Assembly: GCA_035419245.1 (NCBI GenBank)
Contig: DAOLSP010000001.1
Location: forward strand, 636,309-700,308
DNA length: 64,000 bases
Source of the DNA: a bacterium
GTDB lineage: Bacteria > Zhuqueibacterota > Zhuqueibacteria > Residuimicrobiales > Residuimicrobiaceae
Direction: 5' to 3'
Shown: in pieces, positions 40,711-50,457 of the stretch
How positions within the stretch are numbered: position 1 is the first letter of the stretch
Layout: every line of letters starts with the position of its first letter
Position numbers and translations under genes: made by a program
The notes under the pieces: model-generated
Database searches by the model: none
What the model was told of the DNA's origin: nothing
Seen by the model: the letters and a program-made list of their open reading frames with translations, nothing else

Positions 40711-41859
40711 TCAAAAGGTAAAGTTGGCTTTTTGTGCCTGGCTTCGCAGCACCTTGCTCATCGCCTTGTCCAGGGTATTGACCTCGCCGCCAGCCGCCGA
40801 CTTTTTTTCCTCCTCCGAGATGTAGGCTGCACGCTTAACCCGCAGCACCTCGATCTTTTCCTGGATGGCCTTCCGCTCCGCAAATTTCCGATCGAGATAT
40901 TTCTGGCGTTCGGCCGGCGTCATGCTGCGCATCTCCTCGGGCAGATCCTCCTTTTCCAATTCCTCCAATCTGACCTGCTTCTGCTGCACCGCATCGACCA
41001 GGTCCCATCCGGCGTTGCTGTATATCGCCTGGGATTTGGTGATCGCGCGCTGCACCACCGCGACAGGAGAGGCCATCGCGGCATTAATATCCTGGCACGC
41101 CTGATTGGCAGCCCCGACAGCGCCCTCACGGCCGTAGGCGATGTAGGTCCGGTTCAGCCCGGTGCCGAGATCGGCCAGTTCCTGATCGAAGGGAGTGGGC
41201 GGTTCGAAGCTCTTCGCATTCTGGTCGATGTTGAAGTAGCTGCCGTCGGCCAGATCCGCGCCGGCCTGCCACTGCGTGTCAATGCCTTCCTGTCGGCTGC
41301 CGCAAAAGATGGTATTGACCAGGATTCCCTTGGTGATCGCTTTTTTGCAGGTGGTGCGGAAATCAACGTCCCCCTGGGTGAAGGGCTCATTGCCGGCGAT
41401 GAAGATCGCACGATAGTCCTGCTTGCCGCTGCTCCAAGCCAGTTCATCGACGGCCCGGCCGATGACCGCTCCGCAGTATTCATCGCCGCCGTTGGTCGTA
41501 AGGCTGAAGAGGGCCTCAGAGATTTTGTCCAGGTCGTTGGTGAGCGGGGAGAGCTGGCGGATGTAACCGGTGCGCTCGCCCAGCGAGGGGGTGCCGTAAT
41601 GATAGAGCGCGACTGCGATCTCAGGGCGCTGGCCGTCAACCCTGGCAGAAATGAACTCGTTGACGATTTTCCAGAGCTGGGTCCGGGCCTGGTCGATCAG
41701 GCCATCCATCGAGTTGCTGGTATCCAGCAGCAGGGCCAATTGCACTTGCGGTTTTTCGGCCGAGACCGCCTTGCGCGGGCAAAAGACAATCACGGCAAGG
41801 AGGATCAGTGCCAGTAGTAAAAGCGCGCGGGTTATTTTCATATTCCCTATCCTTTCCAT
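40711..41859 (-). CDS. Secreted von Willebrand factor type-A (vWA) domain protein.
   Basis: Signal or TM 'ITRALLLLALILLAVIVF'. MIDAS 'LLLDTSNSMDG'. About 180-aa vWA fold. Lys/Glu-rich C-terminal region. Confidence 0.75.
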   Translation of the reverse strand: MERIGNMKITRALLLLALILLAVIVFCPRKAVSAEKPQVQLALLLDTSNSMDGLIDQARTQLWKIVNEFISARVDGQRPEIAVALYHYGTPSLGERTGYIRQLSPLTNDLDKISEALFSLTTNGGDEYCGAVIGRAVDELAWSSGKQDYRAIFIAGNEPFTQGDVDFRTTCKKAITKGILVNTIFCGSRQEGIDTQWQAGADLADGSYFNIDQNAKSFEPPTPFDQELADLGTGLNRTYIAYGREGAVGAANQACQDINAAMASPVAVVQRAITKSQAIYSNAGWDLVDAVQQKQVRLEELEKEDLPEEMRSMTPAERQKYLDRKFAERKAIQEKIEVLRVKRAAYISEEEKKSAAGGEVNTLDKAMSKVLRSQAQKANFTF

Positions 41860-41871
41860 GTTGTGAGGCGA

Positions 41872-44124
41872 TTACTCCCGGATTTCATAGAGTTTTCCCG
41901 CCAGGACCACGCGCAGGTTGGTCCCGGCCGAGAGCCACTGCGGGGCGTTGGGATCCAGCTTGAGCAGGGCGAGCCAGGCGTCGGAATTGAAACGGACGCG
42001 GATGGGCTCACGGCCAGAGTAGCCCTGCGCCTCGGCATCCACCCATTCATGGCCGTTCTGGTAAAAGGTGCGATTGGCGATGGTCCGGATCTGCTGATTG
42101 CTCAGAGCCTGCTGCACCCGTAAGGCCGCCGGAGCAGCGCTGCCGGTTTGACCCTGCTGGAAGCGCAAATTGGCCCGGCTCAGCGCGCCGGCATCCTCGG
42201 CATTTTTCAAGGCGTCGAGGGAGCGGGCGGCGCCGACTGCCGCATCACCGCTTTTGCCGGCATAGACCTGATTGAGCATTCCTTCGGAGATTTCAAGGAA
42301 CTCGGGGTTAGCGGCGGTCTGGAGCGTGCGCCGGCTCAGAGGCACATTGCGCTGCGCTTCATCCTCGAGGATGAGAAAGGCGGTATAGGGGGTGACGATG
42401 CCATAGCGGCGTGCCAAGGCGATGACCTCCTGCTTGAGCTCCTGCGCCTCGCCATTGAGACGGATCTGGTCGAGGAGGTAGCCGATACGGCGTGAAGCCC
42501 AGAGGCGCGGGATGAATTCGTACTCCCGCGCATCGTCCGGAAATCGGACTAAATAGGTCCATGATTCGGACCGGCCGTTGACGGTCCCGTGCAGGGTGAT
42601 CTGGGCTGGGCCGCTGCCCTCGTAGCGGCCGAGGATGAGGAGCTGTTCACCCTTGAAGAGATCGGGGAGAAAATTGGGGGTCATCTTGCTGATGTGAATC
42701 GGGCCGCTGGTTTCCAGCCGGGGTGAGGCGAGCACGGGTTGGGCGATCTTGTTGTAAAAGGCGGAGATTTTGACCTCGATCTCCTCATCAGGCTGGACAT
42801 ACACGCTGGCGGCGCGGGTTTTTGTGGTCAGCCGGTCGAGGAGATGGGTGTTGAGGTCGCTGCCAACGCCGAGGCTGAAGATACGGATGGTCGCATCGCC
42901 CGAGGCTTTATTAACCTGGTCGAGGATGGCCTCCTCGCCGGTCTCGCCGACAGTCGGTTTGCCGTCGGTGATCAGCACGACCATATAGGGGCGGTCGGAG
43001 GTGGTCCGTTCGCGCGCCGGGCGCAGGGCGAGATCGAGGGCTTCGGCGAGGGCGGTGCCGCCGATGGGCATGAATCCATCGACGAAGGCATCGGCCTGAC
43101 GGATCGCCGCAAGGGTAGCCGGCCGCAATCCGTTGAATAGGGCTTCCGCCTCGGTGGAGAAGCGGACAATCTCGAAGTGGTCGCGGCTATCGAGTTGGGC
43201 GAGACATAAGTGCAGGGCTTTTTTCGCCTGTGCCAGCTTGGCCTTTTCCGCCATTGAGCCGGAGGTATCGAGGATGAAGACCAGGTCCTTAGGCAGAATG
43301 CGGTCGGCAGCGAGGTCGGCGCGCGGGGCGAGCATGAGCAGAAAACTTCCGGGCTCGCGGCCGTCGTTGAAGGCGAGCAGCCGGCCGTTTACCGGCTCGC
43401 CGCCGGCGGGCGCGAAAAAGAGCTGGAAATCGGTGTCCGGCTTGACGGATTTTTCTTCATAGCCGATCACGGCGTGGCGGCTGTCACTGCGGCGGATCTC
43501 CACCTCGTGGCTGGGGGAGTAAACCGGCCCCAACGGCGCGTCCCACTCGATCTCCACCTTGATCGCGACGCTCTTGAGCGGCGCGGCCGAGAATTTTTCA
43601 GTGTTAAGCGGATAGCGATATTCGACCAGGCCATCCTGGCTGGCCAGCAGCTGGGTATAGCGCAGCCGGATGTGTTTCTCGCCGTGCGGCAAGATGGGGA
43701 AGATGCGCAGCCGATAAAGCTCCTGTCCGAAGTATTCGAGCAGGGCCGGGTCGCGTTGTTTGCGGACGATCTCCTCGTACAGGTCGCGCGCCTTGGCCGC
43801 ATCGAGGAGTTCGGCCTCGACGGGGCGGCCGTCGATCTCCATGGAGAACCGGTCGAGCTGGCCGCCGCGCGGGACCGGGAAGAGGTAGGTGCCCTCGAGC
43901 TGAACGGGATAAGGATTAATAAAGAGCTGATCGACCGCGGTGACGGCAACCTGGTCGGTTATTTTGACCTCCACATGGTGGTAGCGCACCTCGAGTGGAG
44001 TCATGGCTGGCGGAAAATGTGGCAGCAAGGGAAGGTGCGGCGGCTGCGGGATGATGATCATGCCGTCGGCGTGCGCGAGCACCGGAATGAGGATGAAAAA
44101 AAACAGAGCCCCTGATCGCCGCAT
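41872..44124 (-). CDS. Secreted VIT (vault/inter-alpha-trypsin) plus vWA two-domain protein.
   Basis: Signal peptide 'FFFILIPVLAHA'. VIT-like 'VRYHHVEVKITDQVAVTAVDQLFINPYPVQLEGTYLFPVP'. MIDAS 'LVFILDTSGSMAE'. About 750 aa. Confidence 0.75.
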   Translation of the reverse strand: MRRSGALFFFILIPVLAHADGMIIIPQPPHLPLLPHFPPAMTPLEVRYHHVEVKITDQVAVTAVDQLFINPYPVQLEGTYLFPVPRGGQLDRFSMEIDGRPVEAELLDAAKARDLYEEIVRKQRDPALLEYFGQELYRLRIFPILPHGEKHIRLRYTQLLASQDGLVEYRYPLNTEKFSAAPLKSVAIKVEIEWDAPLGPVYSPSHEVEIRRSDSRHAVIGYEEKSVKPDTDFQLFFAPAGGEPVNGRLLAFNDGREPGSFLLMLAPRADLAADRILPKDLVFILDTSGSMAEKAKLAQAKKALHLCLAQLDSRDHFEIVRFSTEAEALFNGLRPATLAAIRQADAFVDGFMPIGGTALAEALDLALRPARERTTSDRPYMVVLITDGKPTVGETGEEAILDQVNKASGDATIRIFSLGVGSDLNTHLLDRLTTKTRAASVYVQPDEEIEVKISAFYNKIAQPVLASPRLETSGPIHISKMTPNFLPDLFKGEQLLILGRYEGSGPAQITLHGTVNGRSESWTYLVRFPDDAREYEFIPRLWASRRIGYLLDQIRLNGEAQELKQEVIALARRYGIVTPYTAFLILEDEAQRNVPLSRRTLQTAANPEFLEISEGMLNQVYAGKSGDAAVGAARSLDALKNAEDAGALSRANLRFQQGQTGSAAPAALRVQQALSNQQIRTIANRTFYQNGHEWVDAEAQGYSGREPIRVRFNSDAWLALLKLDPNAPQWLSAGTNLRVVLAGKLYEIRE

Positions 44125-44216
44125 GGTGATCTCCCCTTTCGTGTCGGTTAAGCTTCTATGTATGCAACGACATGAATGGCGAAAAGTTCGGGGAAAAATC
44201 GATAAATCGCAGGTAA

Positions 44217-45299
<1,083 letters not shown>

Positions 45300-45312
45300 G
45301 GAGGGATTCTTT

Positions 45313-45951
45313 ATGAACAAGCCCGAAAAGCATCCGGATCAGGAGCCACGCCTTGCAGCACCGCTCTCCATGCCCGCGCTGATCTATCGCTCCTGCATGG
45401 TCCTCCTGACCAATCTGATCCCGCTCTATGGGGTATGGCGGCTGGGCTGGAGCAGCTTCATCCTGATCCTGCTCTTCATCATCGAGGGGGCGATCGTCTT
45501 TTTGATGGATCTGGTCAAGCGCCCCTGGGTGAAGGTGAAAGAGAAGAAAAAGATCCTCTTTTTCGAATTCGTTTTCATCACCTTTTTTGGATTTTTCGCC
45601 ATCCTGATCTTCGGGCGTGATGAAGCGGCCATGGATCTGATCGAGACCACCCGCAGCGCTTTTGGTTCGGCGCGGGCATTGCCCCTCTGGCCGGTGCTGG
45701 GGATTCTCTCCGGGCGCTTGCTGCGCACTGGAGAGGAGCTGCTGCAGGCAGGACTTTTCCGCTCTGGCAAGGGCCAGACGCTCTATTTTAGCGGCGGCGG
45801 TTGGATGCTGCTGCTCTTTTTTCTGGTCATGACCGCCCCCTTCATCGCCGACAAGAGCCCCAATCCAATGGCGGGGCTGATTGCGGTCATCGTCCTCAAG
45901 ACGCTGGGCGAGTTCTTCGGCGTCTGGGCGGCGCGGATCGTCAAAGTTTGA
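45313..45951 (+). CDS. Hypothetical integral membrane protein (5-6 TM helices).
   Basis: AAGGAGGG RBS then ATG 45313. Multiple hydrophobic helices. The track's 5' extension to 45181 overlaps the AKR gene and is rejected. Confidence 0.55.
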   Translation: MNKPEKHPDQEPRLAAPLSMPALIYRSCMVLLTNLIPLYGVWRLGWSSFILILLFIIEGAIVFLMDLVKRPWVKVKEKKKILFFEFVFITFFGFFAILIFGRDEAAMDLIETTRSAFGSARALPLWPVLGILSGRLLRTGEELLQAGLFRSGKGQTLYFSGGGWMLLLFFLVMTAPFIADKSPNPMAGLIAVIVLKTLGEFFGVWAARIVKV

Positions 45952-46049
45952 CCGATGAGACAACCGCACAGCGAATGCCAGGCTGTTATTGCCGGTGAGA
46001 ATTGAAAAAAAACACTACCAGACACGATACGAAAGAGCTGAGAAAACCC

Positions 46050-46925
46050 ATGCTTCCATTCGACACCCCCGTAATAGAGTTGATCAAACAGCGGCGTTCC
46101 TGCCGCACCTATAAAAAAAGAGCGATCGCCGCGGAGACGGCCGCGCGGCTGGCTGCCTTCAGCGCATCGATCACCAGCGGCCCCTTCGGCACTCCCCTGC
46201 GCTTTGAGCTGGCCGCTGCGGCCGGGGATGATCCGGGCGCGCTGAAGGGCCTGGGTACCTATGGCTTCATCAAGGAGCCGGCCGGATTCATCATCGGCGC
46301 CGCCTCGCCAGGCGAAAAGAACCTTGAGGATTTCGGCTGGGGTCTGGAGGCCATCCTGCTCTATGCGACCGGTCTCGGGCTTGGGAGCTGCTGGCTTGGC
46401 GGCAGTTTTGCCAAAAGCCGCTTTGCCGGCCGCATCCGTGCGGAAGCGGCGGAGATCGTCCCCGCCGTGGCCGCTATCGGTTATGCGGCCGAGGAGACCC
46501 CGCTGCGCCGGATGATGCGAACTCAGATCAAGGCTGATACCCGAAAGCCGTGGGAGACGCTCTTCTTCCGCGACGATTTCAGCATGCCCCTGCGTGAGGA
46601 TGAGGCCGGCGCTTACCAGGTCCCTCTGGCCATGCTGCGACTGGCGCCTTCAGCCAGCAACGGCCAGCCCTGGCGGGTCCTGCTGAAAGGAGGCTGCTGT
46701 CATTTTTTTCTGCAGCGTAACGCAAGGCACAAGTCCGGCCGAAAACCGCTGATCTCTTTTACCATCGCCGATCTTCAACACGTCGACCTGGGCATCGCCC
46801 TGTGCCACTTTCAGTTGACGGCCGAAGAGGTGGGGATGAAGGGGAGATGGGAGCTGCATGAGGAGAGTATCCCGGCAGCGGATGAAATGCGGGAGTATAT
46901 TGCCAGCTGGCACGAAAATATCTGA
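46050..46925 (+). CDS. Nitroreductase-family (FMN-dependent) protein.
   Basis: N-terminal 'IKQRRSCRTYKK' (RRS.R.F/Y nitroreductase motif). About 290 aa. Confidence 0.6.
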   Translation: MLPFDTPVIELIKQRRSCRTYKKRAIAAETAARLAAFSASITSGPFGTPLRFELAAAAGDDPGALKGLGTYGFIKEPAGFIIGAASPGEKNLEDFGWGLEAILLYATGLGLGSCWLGGSFAKSRFAGRIRAEAAEIVPAVAAIGYAAEETPLRRMMRTQIKADTRKPWETLFFRDDFSMPLREDEAGAYQVPLAMLRLAPSASNGQPWRVLLKGGCCHFFLQRNARHKSGRKPLISFTIADLQHVDLGIALCHFQLTAEEVGMKGRWELHEESIPAADEMREYIASWHENI

Positions 46926-46976
46926 GTCTGCAAGGGGGAGAATCTTCCGCCCCTCCCTGATCTCACGAGATTCGGG

Positions 46977-47672
46977 CTAAAACAGCTCCGGCAGGACCTC
47001 GCCGGCCTTGCCGCGGATGACGCGATCATAGAGGCCGCTGATCTCCGAGGGCTCCGGATTGATCTCGACACAATAGGCACCATTCCTTTTCGCCAGTTCG
47101 GGATAACCGGCCGCCGGCCATACCACCGCCGAGGTGCCGATGCTGATGAGCAGGTCGCAAGCCAGGATCGCCCGGGTCGCCCCGGCTACCACCTTGTCCT
47201 CCAGCATATCCTCGAACCAGACGATATCGGGCCGAAGCCAGCTGCCGCATTGGGAACAGTGGCGGGTGGCAAACTCGGGATCCCGATCCTCCCAAACCCC
47301 ATGCTGCGGGCAGCGGACGCGCCAGAGGCTGCCGTGCAGCTCAAAGATCTTCTTCGTGCCGGCGCGCTGATGCATACCGTCGATGTTCTGCGTCACCACG
47401 GTGACGCCAGAGCGAGCAGTCTCGAGGCCGGCGATCACCTTGTGCCCCGCATGCGGCTCACAGCGGATCGCCTCCTGGCGGCGCAGCCGATGAAAATCTA
47501 ACACCCTCTCCGGATCGCGGTCAAAGGCACGTTGACAGGCGACCTCCTGCCAGTTGTACTCTTTCCAGCGCCCGCCTGCGCCGCGGAAGGTGGCGATTCC
47601 GCTCTCGGCGGACATGCCGGCACCGGTGAAGAAGACGATATGTCTGTAGGCCTGCAGATCGATTTTTCCCAT
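46977..47672 (-). CDS. cobB: NAD-dependent protein deacylase (Sir2/CobB family).
   Basis: 'IVFFTGAGMSAESGIATFRG' Rossmann motif. 'THQNIDGLH'-like 'VTQNIDGMHQRAG'. Zn ribbon 'CPQHG...CSQCG'. Confidence 0.88.
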   Translation of the reverse strand: MGKIDLQAYRHIVFFTGAGMSAESGIATFRGAGGRWKEYNWQEVACQRAFDRDPERVLDFHRLRRQEAIRCEPHAGHKVIAGLETARSGVTVVTQNIDGMHQRAGTKKIFELHGSLWRVRCPQHGVWEDRDPEFATRHCSQCGSWLRPDIVWFEDMLEDKVVAGATRAILACDLLISIGTSAVVWPAAGYPELAKRNGAYCVEINPEPSEISGLYDRVIRGKAGEVLPELF

Positions 47673-47821
47673 GGCTCTCCCTTCCTGTTTGCATCCAGTA
47701 TAATCTAACCTTTTTTGGGCCGTTCGCAAGCGGATTATGCGCGGACGGGCGGGAAAGAGGCACGCGGACGAGAAAACGCCCGAACTTTTCTGTATGTGAT
47801 ACGTCTTAATTTTATTTATAG

Positions 47822-47851
47822 TTGGAATTCCAGTATTAATTTGCATATTAT
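47822..47851 (+). promoter_or_regulatory. Putative sigma-70 promoter for the efflux operon: -35 TTGGAA, 18-nt spacer, -10 TATTAT.
   Basis: Lies in an AT-rich intergenic region 35 nt upstream of ATG 47887. Confidence 0.3.
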
Positions 47852-47886
47852 AGAGATTCTATCCAGCCACGATCAGAGGTATACCC

Positions 47887-49338
47887 ATGAAACCCTTCCT
47901 ATCGGGGATTGCGGTTCTGCTCCTTGCCGGCTGTGCTTCCCGCCTACCGCATGTGCAGGAGGTTGCGGGCAGCTCGCCCGGACCGGCCGTACCCTGGACG
48001 CCGTCCCGGAGCGCTGCGCAAGCCCTCAAGCTTCCCGAGGCAACCGTACCGGAGGCGCAGGTACGCGACCGTTGGCCGGATCTCAGCCTGGCGGAAGCGA
48101 TTGCCCTCGCCTTGCAGAACAATCCCGACACTCGCATGGCCTGGGCCAACGCCCGCGCCGCCGCGGCCGCATACGGCGCGGCGCGCAGCGTCTGGCTTCC
48201 CGCCCTCAGTGCCGAGGGCTCCCTCCTCCGTTCGCGCCAGGAGAGTGCCCCGGACCGGCCCGATGACTATAATCCCTTCACAGTCTACGGTTATGGCGCC
48301 AGCCTCAGCTGGCTGCTCTTCGATTTTGGCAGCCGGACCGCGGCCATCGACGCCAGCCGCCAGGCCCTGCTGGCCATGGACTGGACCCACAATGCGGTCA
48401 TCCAGAATACTGTACTGCAAACGGTGAGCGCCTATTACACCTGCGCCGGTGCCCGGGCCATGGTTCAGGCCGACTCCGCGGCACTGGCCAGCGCGGCCAT
48501 CGCATTGAAAGCCGCCGAAGAGAAGCGCGGCGTCGGCCTGGCCACCAGCGCCGATCTCCTGCAGGCGCAGACCGCCTATTCGCAGGCGCTGCTGGACCTC
48601 CAGAGCGTCGAAGGAGAGTGGCGCGTCAGCCGCGGCAGGCTGGCCCTGGCTATGGGCTATCCCGCCCAGAGCGTAGGAGCATTCGAGGCGGCTATTCCCG
48701 AAGTCCCGCCCGATTCGCTCTTGCAGCCGGTGGATGACCTGATCGAAAAGGCCCTGGCCAGCCGTCCCGATTTGCAGGCTGGCCGCGCCCGTGCCCGTGC
48801 CGCTCTGGCTTCGGTGCGCCAGGCCCGCGCCGCGCTGTTGCCTGCCCTCTCCGGATCCGCCGCCACCGACCGCAGCTGGATCCACGGCATCGATCGGAAG
48901 ACCGATCATCTCAGCGGCGGTCTGCGTCTCGAGGTGCCTCTGTGGGCCGGATTCTCGCGTCAGTACCAGCTCGCGCGGGCCAAGGCCGAAGCGGACGCCG
49001 CCAAAGAGGGTGTGCGCGCCGCCGAACAGGAGATCTCCTTTCAGGTCTATTCCAGCCACAGCGACTTTCTCACCGCGCGGGCCCGCGTCGCGACGGCAGA
49101 GGACTTGCTCGCCAGCGCCCGGCAGTCCGAGCAGGTCGCGCTGGGCCGATACAGAGAGGGAGTCGGAAGCATTCTCGATCTGCTCACCGCCCAGCGCGCT
49201 CTTGCCCTGGCGCGCGCCCAGCAGATCAATGCCCGCTTGGCCTGGCATATTGCCCTAGCTCAGCTGGCGCGCGATGTCGGCGTCCTGGGCGTCGGCGGCG
49301 AAAATCCCTTCACTCCAACATCCACACCATCGAGGTAA
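47887..49338 (+). CDS. TolC-family outer-membrane efflux factor, lipoprotein.
   Basis: Lipobox 'LLLAGCAS'. Two OEP repeats with coiled-coil alpha-hairpins. Confidence 0.88.
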   Translation: MKPFLSGIAVLLLAGCASRLPHVQEVAGSSPGPAVPWTPSRSAAQALKLPEATVPEAQVRDRWPDLSLAEAIALALQNNPDTRMAWANARAAAAAYGAARSVWLPALSAEGSLLRSRQESAPDRPDDYNPFTVYGYGASLSWLLFDFGSRTAAIDASRQALLAMDWTHNAVIQNTVLQTVSAYYTCAGARAMVQADSAALASAAIALKAAEEKRGVGLATSADLLQAQTAYSQALLDLQSVEGEWRVSRGRLALAMGYPAQSVGAFEAAIPEVPPDSLLQPVDDLIEKALASRPDLQAGRARARAALASVRQARAALLPALSGSAATDRSWIHGIDRKTDHLSGGLRLEVPLWAGFSRQYQLARAKAEADAAKEGVRAAEQEISFQVYSSHSDFLTARARVATAEDLLASARQSEQVALGRYREGVGSILDLLTAQRALALARAQQINARLAWHIALAQLARDVGVLGVGGENPFTPTSTPSR

Positions 49339-49341
49339 TCC

Positions 49342-50457
49342 ATGAAACCGAGACACTTGATCCGCCTCATGACAGCACTGCTCCTTCTCGCTGGCTGCGC
49401 CAAGGAAAAGGCGCGGCAGATGCCGCCGACGACGGTGAGTGCCGCGGCGGCGGTCGTACAGGCGCAGCCCCTCTCCCTGAAAGCTGTTGGTGTGGTCGAG
49501 CCCATCGAATCCGTAGCGGTCAGACCGCAGGCCGGCGGCGTGATCACCCGGGTCCATTTCAGCGAAGGCCAGTCCGTTCGCGCCGGGCAGCCGCTTTTCA
49601 CTATTGATCCACGGCCTTATCAGGCAGCCCTGCATGCCGCCCAGGCCCAGCTCGCCCGCGACAGCTCGCAGGCGGTCTTTGCGGCGATGCAGGCGCGGCG
49701 GTACGAGGATCTCAGCGCTAAGGATTTTGTCACGCGCGATCAGTACGAGCAGGCGAAAACCCAGGCCGAAATGCTCCGGTATGCGATGCGGGTCGATCAG
49801 GCGGCCATTGAACAGGCGCGGCTCAATCTCGGCTATACCACGGTGACGGCGCCGATCTCGGGACGAAGTGGTGCCCTCCTCGTCAAACGCGGCAACGTCG
49901 TCAGCGCCAACGGTTCCAGCCTGGTGGTGATAAACCAGATGAATCCCATCCGCGTCAGTTTCACCATCCCTGGCACCGATCTGCCGCGGGTTCAGTACTG
50001 GGCGGCCCGGGGCGGCCTCGAGGTGCATGTCAGTCCTGCACGCAATAGCGGCGAAGCAGATCAACTCAAGGGCAAGTTGAACTTTCTCGACAACACCGTG
50101 GATGCCGCCACCGGCACCGTGACGCTCAAGGCCGAGTTCGCCAATGCGGAGGAGAAGCTCTGGCCCGGGCAGTTCGTCGATGCCGAGTTGGTTCTGACCA
50201 TTGAAAAGGAGGCCCTTACGGTGCCGGCCGCCGCGGTGGTGACCGGCCAGGATGGGACTTTTATTTATGTCATCACCGCGGAGGGCAAGGCCGAGAAGCG
50301 GCCGGTGAAGGTCAACCGCACCCTGGGCGAACAGGCCGTTCTTGATGACGGGATCAAACCGGGCGAGATGGTGGTGACCGACGGTCAGGTCAAGCTGATG
50401 CCGGGGGCCCGGGTCACGGTGCGAGGCGGAGCGGCGGAACAGGGGAGGCCGCAATGA
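49342..50457 (+). CDS. RND efflux periplasmic adaptor (membrane fusion protein), lipoprotein.
   Basis: Lipobox 'LLLAGCAK'. HlyD/biotinyl-lipoyl, beta-barrel and MP domain pattern. Confidence 0.88.
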   Translation: MKPRHLIRLMTALLLLAGCAKEKARQMPPTTVSAAAAVVQAQPLSLKAVGVVEPIESVAVRPQAGGVITRVHFSEGQSVRAGQPLFTIDPRPYQAALHAAQAQLARDSSQAVFAAMQARRYEDLSAKDFVTRDQYEQAKTQAEMLRYAMRVDQAAIEQARLNLGYTTVTAPISGRSGALLVKRGNVVSANGSSLVVINQMNPIRVSFTIPGTDLPRVQYWAARGGLEVHVSPARNSGEADQLKGKLNFLDNTVDAATGTVTLKAEFANAEEKLWPGQFVDAELVLTIEKEALTVPAAAVVTGQDGTFIYVITAEGKAEKRPVKVNRTLGEQAVLDDGIKPGEMVVTDGQVKLMPGARVTVRGGAAEQGRPQ

